From positions 1-26,225 of the forward strand of contig DASZPK010000724.1 in assembly GCA_035550335.1 (NCBI GenBank): a DNA stretch of 26,225 nt, read 5' to 3'. Within the stretch, counting starts at the first letter, position 1, and each line of letters starts with the position of its first letter. Origin of the DNA: Chthoniobacteraceae bacterium. Lineage in GTDB: Bacteria; Verrucomicrobiota; Verrucomicrobiia; Chthoniobacterales; Chthoniobacteraceae. Under the pieces are notes generated by a model that was not told the origin of the DNA, made no database searches, and saw nothing but the letters and a program-made list of their open reading frames with translations. Shown here piece after piece: positions 1 through 7,495 of this stretch. The translations under genes were made by a program, and so were the position numbers.

Positions 1-2
1 AC

Positions 3-584
3 CCCAGTTCGGTAAAAGTGGTGGGCTGCAAAAAACAGGTTGATTCCTATTCGCGCACGGTGAGCACCACGTTTGAATATGATTACACCGAAGAATGGCT
101 GCTGATCACCGCAACCGTGCGCACCTTGGACAATACCGTTATTGTCGAAGGAATTGAAGTGCATCCCCTGCCCGGGCCACTGGAAAAAAACAAGTTTACA
201 TTCGCGGGCAAGGGGCCGGCGCAATACGTGATGTTCGCCATTTTTTGTGCAGTGCCGCTGTTGACTCTTTTTGCGCTTGTATTGTGCATCAGGACGAAGA
301 TGAAAAGAAAATGGCTCTGGATCATTTTCATCCTGCTCGGCATCGGAAGAGTCACGATGAACTGGACGACGGGTGACGTGCAGGCTTTCGAGACCCAAGT
401 GACAAAAGCCCACGGGGCCATCACTTATTTTCACCCCTACTTTGCGATCCAATTGCTCGGGGCTGGTTACGTTAGGGCTCCATACGGGCCGTGGATGCTT
501 TCGGTTTCGCTCCCGCTCGGCGCGCTCGTGTTTCTTTACAGGCGCCGCTACCTGCAAAGAAAAACCGGCGTCCCCGGAAATTGA
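3..584 (+). CDS. Hypothetical membrane protein, 5'-truncated by the window edge
   Basis: The frame is open from base 3 (PSSVKVVGCKK...), so the true start is upstream. Hydrophobic segments YVMFAIFCAVPLLTLFALVLCI, WLWIIFILLGIG and LSVSLPLGALVFLY are followed by a basic tail. Stop TGA at 582-584. Confidence 0.8.
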   Translation, partial: PSSVKVVGCKKQVDSYSRTVSTTFEYDYTEEWLLITATVRTLDNTVIVEGIEVHPLPGPLEKNKFTFAGKGPAQYVMFAIFCAVPLLTLFALVLCIRTKMKRKWLWIIFILLGIGRVTMNWTTGDVQAFETQVTKAHGAITYFHPYFAIQLLGAGYVRAPYGPWMLSVSLPLGALVFLYRRRYLQRKTGVPGN

Positions 585-635
585 CTCGAACCCGTCTTTC
601 GACTAATCCTAACCCAAATCATCGAAACGGAAAAA

Positions 636-1034
636 ATGACCAGAACCCTCGCTTTCATCCTCGCCCTTCTTCCCGCCCTTGCGCCCGCGGTGCGCGCCGG
701 CGACAAACTCAGTCCCGATCAATTCAAAGCCATCTGCGCCGTGGCGCAGGACCAGGACCATACGACGGTGGGGCTGGCCTACGAGGACCGGATCAGCGAG
801 GCCATCAACGGCGCGATGCGCGACGCCCTCAAATCGTGCGCCGCACATGCCACACCGCCGCTGGATATCGACATCGTCCTCATCATCTCCGCGGAGGGCA
901 AGGTCGAAGAGGCGATCCCCGATCCCACGGAACCGATCTCCGCCTGCGTCGCCGGCAAACTTTCGCGCGAAAGATTCCCCGCTCCGCCGCGCCCGGACTG
1001 GAAGCAGTTGATTAACATCCACATCAAGGACTGA
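636..1034 (+). CDS. Secreted hypothetical protein, possible TonB-C/AgmX-C-like small domain
   Basis: Signal peptide MTRTLAFILALLPALAPAVRA. C-terminal pattern IVLIISAEGKVEEA...ISACVAGKLSRERFPAPP, with three Cys in the mature part. The fold call is tentative. Confidence 0.7.
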   Translation: MTRTLAFILALLPALAPAVRAGDKLSPDQFKAICAVAQDQDHTTVGLAYEDRISEAINGAMRDALKSCAAHATPPLDIDIVLIISAEGKVEEAIPDPTEPISACVAGKLSRERFPAPPRPDWKQLINIHIKD

Positions 1035-1036
1035 AA

Positions 1037-1822
1037 CTATCGCGGGATGATTCCAAGGTAGTTTCTGACTTCGCTGATTTCGCGCTGGTAAAACGGGGAT
1101 GGCTTCGCGTCGACCCACAGGCCGGTTGATGAGCCGCCGTCGAGATTCAATGCGCGCTCGATTTTAAGTTCCGGGAAAATCGCGCGCGTTGAGAGAAGCG
1201 CGGCCATCTCGGAGAGGGTGACTTCATCGCAAATAATCAGCGCGCCGTTTCCATTTCCATCGGTGGCGACCACTGTACGCTCGGCGCGGCGCGTGGCTTC
1301 GAGGCCGGCCACGGCTGCGCCCTTGTCCACGAGGAACGGTCCCGCTTGCAATGCCTGCTTGATGCCGGCGCCGGGCTTGAATTCCTCCACGCGCACCAAT
1401 GCGAAGCCGCCCTCCTTCACCACGAGCAAGCCGCTCAATAACTTTGCATGCTCGAGCGCGTGGATTTCGTGCCCGTCGCTGATCACCAGGCCGAGCGAGG
1501 TGCGGTCGGGATGGAAATAATTGCCGTTCACGCCCGCGATGCAGCCGTGCGCGCGCATGGCGGATTCGAGGGAGGCGGTGCCCGGCGCGTCGTCCACCAC
1601 CTTCAACGCGCATTGTTTGACATTGAAAAACACGGCGCGCAGTTCGACGCGGCGGCTGCCGCCGGAAACCGTCTTGCGCGTGAAGGTGACCAGCGGGGAG
1701 TCCGCCGCCATTTTTTCCGAGGAATCGGGCGCCCATTGCGCGTGGCCGGCGACCATCGTCCACACCCACACACCCGCAGCGCCCGCCGCCACCCTCCAGT
1801 GATGCCATTTGGTAAATTGCAT
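1037..1822 (-). CDS. Phosphodiester glycosidase (NAGPA/DUF2233) family exported protein, 261 aa
   Basis: C-terminal part of the 1037..2887 ORF, started at the ATG at 1822 (MQFTKWHHW...). Signal-like N-terminus. Motifs GVNGNYF, QAGPFLV, RTVVA and ALNLDGGSST. Confidence 0.85.
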   Translation of the reverse strand: MQFTKWHHWRVAAGAAGVWVWTMVAGHAQWAPDSSEKMAADSPLVTFTRKTVSGGSRRVELRAVFFNVKQCALKVVDDAPGTASLESAMRAHGCIAGVNGNYFHPDRTSLGLVISDGHEIHALEHAKLLSGLLVVKEGGFALVRVEEFKPGAGIKQALQAGPFLVDKGAAVAGLEATRRAERTVVATDGNGNGALIICDEVTLSEMAALLSTRAIFPELKIERALNLDGGSSTGLWVDAKPSPFYQREISEVRNYLGIIPR

Positions 1823-1870
1823 GGTTATCGCAGCATAGCAGCAAAGGGAATTGATCGCGCGGCATTCTTT

Positions 1871-1904
1871 TCTTTGCGCCCTTCGCGTTCTTCGCGGTAA
1901 ATTG
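1871..1904. repeat. GCAAAG-family half element before the AKR start
   Basis: TCTTTGCGCCCTTCGCGTTCTTCGCGGTAAATTG, similar to 6077-6110. Confidence 0.7.
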
Positions 1905-1909
1905 CCCCC

Positions 1910-2908
1910 ATGCCACCTGTAATGACCCATACCCGTCTCGGAAACACGGGCCTCAAAGTTTCCCGCCTCTGCCTCGGCACCATGACCTACGGCTCCAGCA
2001 AATGGCGCAAGTGGGTGCTCGATGAAGCCGAGTCGCGCCCGTTCATCGAGAAGGCGCTTTCCGTGGGCATCAATTTTTTCGACACCGCCGACATGTATTC
2101 CAACGGCGCGAGCGAGGAGGTGCTCGGGCGCGCCATCAAGGACATGGTCCCCGACCGCGAGGACGTGGTGATCGCAACAAAGTGTTACAACGGCACGCAC
2201 GACAAAAAACTCAACCGCTGGGGCCTCTCGCGCAAGCACATCATGGCCGCGTGCGACGCCTCGCTCAAGCGGCTCGGGATGGATTACATCGACCTCTACC
2301 AGATCCACCGGTTCGATTACGAGACGCCGATGCTCGAGACCCTCGAGGCGCTGCACGACCTCGTGAAGGCGGGGAAGGTGCGCTACATCGGGGCGTCGTC
2401 CATGCACGCATGGCAGTTTGCAAAGTATCTTTACCTCGCCGACCTGCACGGGCTCACACGATTCGTGACGATGCAGGACCATTACAACCTCGTCTACCGC
2501 GAGGAGGAGCGGGAAATGCTGCCGCTCTGCCTGGAGGAAAAAATCGGCGTGATCCCGTGGAGCCCGCTCGCGCGCGGCTTCCTCGCGGGCAACCGCGCGA
2601 AGGCCGGCGGCGGCGAAACCACGCGCGCGCAGAGCGACGATTTCGCCGCGCACCTTTATTATGGCGAAAGCGATTTCGCCGTCGCGGAGCGCAACCTCGA
2701 AGTCGCCAAGCGTCTCGGCGTGAAACCGATGCAAAGCGCGCTCGCGTGGGTGCTCTCGAACCAGGCCGTCACCGCACCGATCATCGGTGCGAGCAAGCCC
2801 GGGCACATCGAGGACGCAATCGTGGCGCTCGACATCCATTTCACGCCCGACGACAAGAAGGCGCTGGAGGAGCTTTACCAGCCGCACAAGACGCTGGGAT
2901 TCGAGTAG
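1910..2908 (+). CDS. yajO: Aldo/keto reductase, YajO-like
   Basis: Motifs LGNTGLKVSRLCLGTM, GINFFDTADMY, DLYQIHRFD, YIGASSM, MQDHYNLVYREEEREMLPLC and IPWSPLARG. Alternative start at ATG 1922. The gene symbol is by recalled similarity to E. coli YajO. Confidence 0.92.
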   Translation: MPPVMTHTRLGNTGLKVSRLCLGTMTYGSSKWRKWVLDEAESRPFIEKALSVGINFFDTADMYSNGASEEVLGRAIKDMVPDREDVVIATKCYNGTHDKKLNRWGLSRKHIMAACDASLKRLGMDYIDLYQIHRFDYETPMLETLEALHDLVKAGKVRYIGASSMHAWQFAKYLYLADLHGLTRFVTMQDHYNLVYREEEREMLPLCLEEKIGVIPWSPLARGFLAGNRAKAGGGETTRAQSDDFAAHLYYGESDFAVAERNLEVAKRLGVKPMQSALAWVLSNQAVTAPIIGASKPGHIEDAIVALDIHFTPDDKKALEELYQPHKTLGFE

Positions 2909-2942
2909 GGCTCCGCCCGAAACAAAAAATTCATTTCGGACC

Positions 2943-3080
2943 GGTAGGGTCGGACCTCCGAGGTGGCGGAGGGGAATGGCGGTGGCTGGTGGGAGGGCGA
3001 GCAGGGCCGACCGTCGGGCGGAAATAGCGCGTGATATTCGCGCGGCGGGCTGCCCGGAGGTCAGCCCCTACCGGTCGCAA
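2943..3080. repeat. ~138-bp REP-doublet/MITE-like element, copy 1
   Basis: Terminal inverted repeats GGTAGGGTCGGACCTCCG (2943-2960) and CGGAGGTCAGCCCCTACC (3055-3072) match 16/18. An inverted copy lies at 12143-12281. It sits between convergent genes. Confidence 0.9.
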
Positions 3081-3855
3081 TTTCACCCCGCAGCTTCGCG
3101 TTGATTTCGAGCACGGCCTCGATCAGCGAGCCGGGGCCGAGTTGGGATGCGAGCATGCGGCAATCCTTCGGGAGACAATGGCCGCCGGCCCCGGGCAGGC
3201 CGTCGGGGCCCGCGGCGGAGAGGTAGCCTTCGCCAAGGCGGCCTTCGAGTTTGGCGGCTGCGACAACCTTGTCCCAATCCGCGCCGCTCTCCCGCGCGAG
3301 GCGCGCCATTTCGGAGGAGAAGACGGCTTTCACGGCCGCAAAACCGTTCAATAGCAGCTTGACCAGCTCGGCTTCCCCCGGTGCCAGCTCGATGCACTTG
3401 TGTTCGATTGTTTTACATGCTCGCCGGATTGCCGCGAAATACGTGGCGGCGTCGGCCCCGCCGTAAACGGTCATCGGCGGGTTCAGGAAATCGGCGTCCG
3501 CGGTTGCGGAACGCAGGAATTCCGGGCTGTGGCCGATGCGCAGGTTGGGGTGAAGGCCCATCAGGGCGCGCGTGGTGCCGACGGGAATGGTCGAGCGGAC
3601 CACGAACAAGCCGGGCGCGTTCAAGGCCGCGGCGCGCTCCAGCACGGCGTGGATGGCGGAGAGATCGCACCGGTTCGCGGCGTCCACGGGCGTGGGCACG
3701 GCGATGAGCACAACATCCTGCGCGAGGGTTTCGTCCAGGCCGTCGCGCGAGCAGGCGGGGTCGGCATCGTGGCCGCGCACTTCGCAACCGGCGTTTGCAA
3801 ATCCCCGGTACATCGCGCCGCCAACCACGCCCATGCCGATGATGCCTATGCGCAT
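3061..3855 (-). CDS. Short UDP-glucose/GDP-mannose dehydrogenase family protein (264 aa, no C-terminal domain)
   Basis: Start MRIGIIGMGVVG (Rossmann GxGxxG) at ATG 3855. Motifs IAVPTP, RSTIPVGT, SPEFL, AELVK and catalytic GGHCLPKD. Overlaps the upstream gene's stop by 10 bp. Its own stop lies inside the REP-like element. Confidence 0.88.
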   Translation of the reverse strand: MRIGIIGMGVVGGAMYRGFANAGCEVRGHDADPACSRDGLDETLAQDVVLIAVPTPVDAANRCDLSAIHAVLERAAALNAPGLFVVRSTIPVGTTRALMGLHPNLRIGHSPEFLRSATADADFLNPPMTVYGGADAATYFAAIRRACKTIEHKCIELAPGEAELVKLLLNGFAAVKAVFSSEMARLARESGADWDKVVAAAKLEGRLGEGYLSAAGPDGLPGAGGHCLPKDCRMLASQLGPGSLIEAVLEINAKLRGEIATGRG

Positions 3856-5123
3856 ACTGCCTCCGCTTTTGCGCATGCCGCCTCCGCTTCCGTCGCTTCC
3901 TTTTCCAGGGCCGCCCATTCGGGACCGTAGAGCGCCCAGTGCTGGCGCTTCTTTCCCAAAGCGTGGTAAAAAAGCGGCGAGCCGTCGAGCCACCGCTGGG
4001 TGACCACTGTGTCGATATCGTCCGCTGCCGCGCCCGGCGGTGAGATTGCCGGCGGCGGCGCGAGTCGAAACGGCACGCCGAGAAGATCGCACGCAATGGA
4101 ATACGTCTCCTTGTCGCCGTGGGTGTAATCGTAAAGGCGGCGGGTGAGCGTGTTGAGGGCGGCGGCCAGTCGCAGCGCCTCCCGCACGCGGGGCGAAGCC
4201 TTGTCCACGAAAAGCTGCCCGGATTCAAACTCGGTGTCGTAAGCCGGGATGCCGAGCGCGCGGCGCAATTGCCAGCAGGTCTCCCAGCACCACGGCCACG
4301 GGCCGTCGGGCCACAGGATACATTCCTCGCCCGATGCGAAGACCGCGGCGAGGTCCGTGAGCGGGAAACAATTGGCGTCGAGCATCAGCGTCCTGCGAAA
4401 CCGCGAGTGGGCCAGCATCCACGCCTTGAACCCGTGCACCTCGTGGCGGCCGGAGAGATCGTTAAACGGTGTTTTGCCGGCATCCACAAGGCCGGCCATC
4501 TGCGAGAGCGCAGCGATCTGCCCTCGCGTGAATTCCCCCGGCAGGTGCCACACATCCACCGGCAGCGCGCAGCCGCGCGCGCGAATGTTGCGCAGGTTCG
4601 CGTACAGCTCCTTGAAAAACCGCCCGCTCGCCGAAATCACGATCCCCGCGTCCGCCGCCGGCGCCACATCCGGCGGCCAGGGCGAGCGGTCGGCGCGCAA
4701 CCTGCGCACCGCATCCAGGATCCATTCGCCGCCGCCAGGCCCCTGCGCCGCCCTCTTTTCAAAATCGGCGAGCATGACCCAAAGCGCCCCGACATGCATC
4801 GGGTCGAATTGCAGTTGCCCGCCGCGACCCGCCACGCGCTTTCCCGCAAACAACACAAACACCTCGTTCGCGAACGCCGCCGCGAACTCCTCCTTCACGC
4901 GGCGCATCACCCCCGGTTGCGTGTGCCGTAGCGCGTCCTTGTGGAAAATGATCCAGTCGATTTCCTCGAGTGCCCCGGGGGCGAGGGCGAGGTACGGCAG
5001 CGCCTGCGGAAAAAATTCGAGGAAATACCCGTGTGCGCACACGGTTTCCCCGGCGCCAATCGCCACCCGCGCCGTCTCCAGCGTTTGCGTCCAGTAACGG
5101 TCCTCCCATGGAAAAAGGCGCAT
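3846..5123 (-). CDS. Putative GT71/MNN-like alpha-mannosyltransferase with an extra N-terminal domain
   Basis: GIVISASG, NLRNIRARGCALPVDVWHL, FKAWMLAHSRFRRTLMLDAN, FESGQLFVDK and YTHGDKETY resemble the PF11051 mannosyltransferase pattern. The ~100-aa N-terminal region ending FANEVFVLF is unassigned. Confidence 0.7.
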   Translation of the reverse strand: MRLFPWEDRYWTQTLETARVAIGAGETVCAHGYFLEFFPQALPYLALAPGALEEIDWIIFHKDALRHTQPGVMRRVKEEFAAAFANEVFVLFAGKRVAGRGGQLQFDPMHVGALWVMLADFEKRAAQGPGGGEWILDAVRRLRADRSPWPPDVAPAADAGIVISASGRFFKELYANLRNIRARGCALPVDVWHLPGEFTRGQIAALSQMAGLVDAGKTPFNDLSGRHEVHGFKAWMLAHSRFRRTLMLDANCFPLTDLAAVFASGEECILWPDGPWPWCWETCWQLRRALGIPAYDTEFESGQLFVDKASPRVREALRLAAALNTLTRRLYDYTHGDKETYSIACDLLGVPFRLAPPPAISPPGAAADDIDTVVTQRWLDGSPLFYHALGKKRQHWALYGPEWAALEKEATEAEAACAKAEAVCA

Positions 5124-5189
5124 AGTCCCACTTACGTGCGCCCACCCTGTCCTGACAAGCGCAAAGCAAGGCGGAGCTTCGTGCGGCGA

Positions 5190-5217
5190 TTGACTTGGGG
5201 AAGCGTTTATTTATCGT
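5190..5217 (+). promoter_or_regulatory. Candidate sigma70 promoter for the 5227-6017 genes
   Basis: TTGACT (5190-5195), 16-nt spacer, TATCGT (5212-5217), in the divergent intergenic gap. Confidence 0.4.
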
Positions 5218-5226
5218 TTGATCGCC

Positions 5227-5595
5227 ATGGAACGGTCGATGCCGCGCACGGGGAAGATGGTTACATCGTGGATGTTCGCGTTTTATCCCATATTTTGGAC
5301 GCTGGTCTTTATCTTATTCCTGCTGCTCGTCCACGCGGAGGTGGGACATTGGCCCGCACACGGGCAGCCGCGCGGGAACGCGTTCACCCGGGGTCTTGAC
5401 ACCTTATTGTTTCTCGGGTTCCTCGTTTCTCCATTGGTCGCGCTGAGCGTGGTGGTCTTGGGCATTGGTCGATGGGTCCGTCGCCGGAAATTTCCCTTAC
5501 AAACGATTGTGGCGCTCGCCATCTTTGGTGTCTGGTTCTGGCTGATGACCGGCGACCATGTCCAGGCGGTGAATTGGTATTTTGATTGCTGGTGA
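5227..5595 (+). CDS. Small hypothetical membrane protein (about 3 TM helices)
   Basis: Three hydrophobic stretches with a GHWP..GQP loop. The stop overlaps the next ATG (TGATG, 5593-5597). Start is uncertain (5227, 5239 or 5257). Confidence 0.65.
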   Translation: MERSMPRTGKMVTSWMFAFYPIFWTLVFILFLLLVHAEVGHWPAHGQPRGNAFTRGLDTLLFLGFLVSPLVALSVVVLGIGRWVRRRKFPLQTIVALAIFGVWFWLMTGDHVQAVNWYFDCW

Positions 5596-6017
5596 TGCCA
5601 AAAAAGTTCCGCGATCCCGCGCTCGACATCCGCGCGAAAAAATCCCACCCGCTCGACTGGCTGCTGGAGCCGCTCGAGGAGCATCCCGGCTACCTGCGGC
5701 GGAGGATGTTTGGCGGAGAGGCGGTGTATATCAACGGGCGGCTCTGCCTCTCGCTCATCGCGGGGAAGGAACCGTGGAATGGCATTCTCGTCGTGACCGG
5801 GCGCGAGTTCCACGAGCCGCTCATCGCGCAATGGAAAGCGCTCAGATCGCACGAGGTCCTCGGCAAGTGGCTCTACCTCTCGCAATCGCACGCGGCGTTC
5901 GAGAGCGTCGCGCCGGCCATCGTGCGCGCCATTTACCGGGAAGACCCGCGCATCGGCATTGAGCCGAAGCCGCGGAAGAAAAGATTGACCGCAAAGGGCG
6001 CAAAGAAAATCGAGTAA
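5595..6017 (+). CDS. TfoX N-terminal-like hypothetical protein
   Basis: RRMFGGEAVYINGRLCL matches the TfoX_N-type MFGG motif, followed by EPWNG and LGKWLYL. ATG at 5595 is coupled to the upstream stop. Confidence 0.65.
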   Translation: MPKKFRDPALDIRAKKSHPLDWLLEPLEEHPGYLRRRMFGGEAVYINGRLCLSLIAGKEPWNGILVVTGREFHEPLIAQWKALRSHEVLGKWLYLSQSHAAFESVAPAIVRAIYREDPRIGIEPKPRKKRLTAKGAKKIE

Positions 6018-6054
6018 AATGAATTCCTTCCGGTCATTGCGCCCTTTGCGGTCA
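5986..6054. repeat. GCAAAG-family hairpin with a perfect 18-bp inverted repeat
   Basis: TGACCGCAAAGGGCGCAA (5986-6003) and TTGCGCCCTTTGCGGTCA (6037-6054). Overlaps the end of the TfoX-like gene. Confidence 0.85.
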
Positions 6055-6076
6055 CAAATTCGTCCTGCATTTTTCC

Positions 6077-6110
6077 CCTTCGTGTTCTTTGCGTCCTTCG
6101 TGGTAAATTG
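6077..6110. repeat. GCAAAG-family half element before the eutB start
   Basis: CCTTCGTGTTCTTTGCGTCCTTCGTGGTAAATTG, with the same GGTAAATTG terminus as 1871-1904. Confidence 0.7.
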
Positions 6111-6118
6111 ATTCCCCG

Positions 6119-7495
6119 ATGGGCTACCGCGTCACCGCAGGGGGTGTGGGCTACCAGTTCGCCGGCCTTGGCGAATTGCTGGGAAAGGCGTCCCCGCTCC
6201 GCTCCGGCGACCAGCTCGCGGGCATCGCGGCGGCCGGCGCTGAGGAACGCGTGGCGGCGCAACTCTGCCTCGCCGAAGTACCGCTCACGCGCTTTCTCGA
6301 CGAACCGCTCATCCCTTACGAGGAGGACGAAGTCACGCGCCTCATCCTCGACCGTCACGACCGCGCGGCGTTTGCCGCGGTCGCGGGGCTGACCGTGGGC
6401 GAATTCCGCGACTGGCTCCTGCGCTATGAGACGGACGCAGCAACGCTGGCCGCGCTCGCGCCCGGCGTCACGCCGGAGATGGCCGCCGCGGTAAGCAAGC
6501 TCATGGGCAACCAGGACCTGATCCTCGTCGCGTCGAAAACGCGCGTGATCACAAAATTCCGCAACACCCTCGGCCTGCCCGGCACGCTCTCCGTGCGCCT
6601 CCAGCCGAACCACCCGGCCGACGACCCGCGCGGAATCGTCGCCTCGATCATCGACGGCCTCATGTATGGTTGCGGCGACGCCGTGATCGGCATCAATCCC
6701 GCCACCGACAGCCCGGCCGCCTGCGCCTCGCTGCTGCAGCTCATCGACCGGATGATCTCCGATTACGAAATCCCGACGCAATCGTGCGTGCTCGCGCACG
6801 CGACCACCACGCTGCGTTGCATGGAGGCAGGCGCGCCGGTCGATCTCGTATTCCAATCCATTGCCGGCACCGAGGCGGCAAACCGCGGCTTCGGCATCGA
6901 CCTCAAACTCCTCCGCGAAGCGCGCGAGGCGGCGCTTTCATTGAAACGCGGCACGCTTGGCGACAACGTGATGTATTTCGAAACCGGCCAGGGATCGTGC
7001 CTCTCCGCAGGCGCGCACCACGGACTCGACCAGCAAACGCTCGAGGCCCGCGCTTACGCGGTGGCGCGCGAATTCCAACCGCTGCTCGTGAACACCGTGG
7101 TCGGTTTCATCGGCCCCGAATACCTTTACGATGGCAAACAGATCATCCGCGCCGGGCTCGAGGACCATTTCTGCGGCAAGCTGCTCGGCCTGCCGATGGG
7201 GTGTGACATTTGTTACACAAACCATGCCGAAGCCGACCAGGACGACATGGACACGCTCCTCACCCTGCTCGGCGTGGCGGGGTGCAATTACATCATGGGA
7301 GTGCCGGGCGCGGACGACATCATGCTCAATTACCAGTCAACCAGTTTTCACGACAGCCATTACCTGCGGCAGGCGCTGAAGTTGCGGCCCGCGCCGGAAT
7401 TCGAGGCATGGCTTGGGAAAATGAACATCATGCGCGGCGGCGTGCGGCTCGAAGCCGCCGGGGCGCGCCACGCGTTCCTCTCACATCCACCATGA
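6119..7495 (+). CDS. eutB: Ethanolamine ammonia-lyase large subunit
   Basis: KASPLRSGDQLAG, SVRLQPNHPADD, DAVIGINPA, TQSCVLAH, FQSIAGTE, YFETGQGS, NTVVGFIGPEYLYDGKQIIRAGLEDHFCGKL and DICYTNH. Confidence 0.97.
   Translation: MGYRVTAGGVGYQFAGLGELLGKASPLRSGDQLAGIAAAGAEERVAAQLCLAEVPLTRFLDEPLIPYEEDEVTRLILDRHDRAAFAAVAGLTVGEFRDWLLRYETDAATLAALAPGVTPEMAAAVSKLMGNQDLILVASKTRVITKFRNTLGLPGTLSVRLQPNHPADDPRGIVASIIDGLMYGCGDAVIGINPATDSPAACASLLQLIDRMISDYEIPTQSCVLAHATTTLRCMEAGAPVDLVFQSIAGTEAANRGFGIDLKLLREAREAALSLKRGTLGDNVMYFETGQGSCLSAGAHHGLDQQTLEARAYAVAREFQPLLVNTVVGFIGPEYLYDGKQIIRAGLEDHFCGKLLGLPMGCDICYTNHAEADQDDMDTLLTLLGVAGCNYIMGVPGADDIMLNYQSTSFHDSHYLRQALKLRPAPEFEAWLGKMNIMRGGVRLEAAGARHAFLSHPP

Noticed and set aside
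1823-2887. N-terminal 355 aa of the 616-aa minus-strand ORF
   Set aside because: Antisense shadow of the aldo/keto reductase. Only the part from ATG 1822 has recognisable motifs.
2917-2939. Short CCGAAA/TTTCGG hairpin after the AKR gene as a terminator
   Set aside because: Only a 6-bp stem with a long loop and no U-tract.
3856-4092. N-terminal extension of the dehydrogenase ORF
   Set aside because: Overlaps the glycosyltransferase in another frame. The Rossmann motif begins at ATG 3855.
7210-7491. Upstream extension of the eutC ORF
   Set aside because: Overlaps eutB. The ATGA-coupled start at 7492 gives a normal EutC N-terminus.
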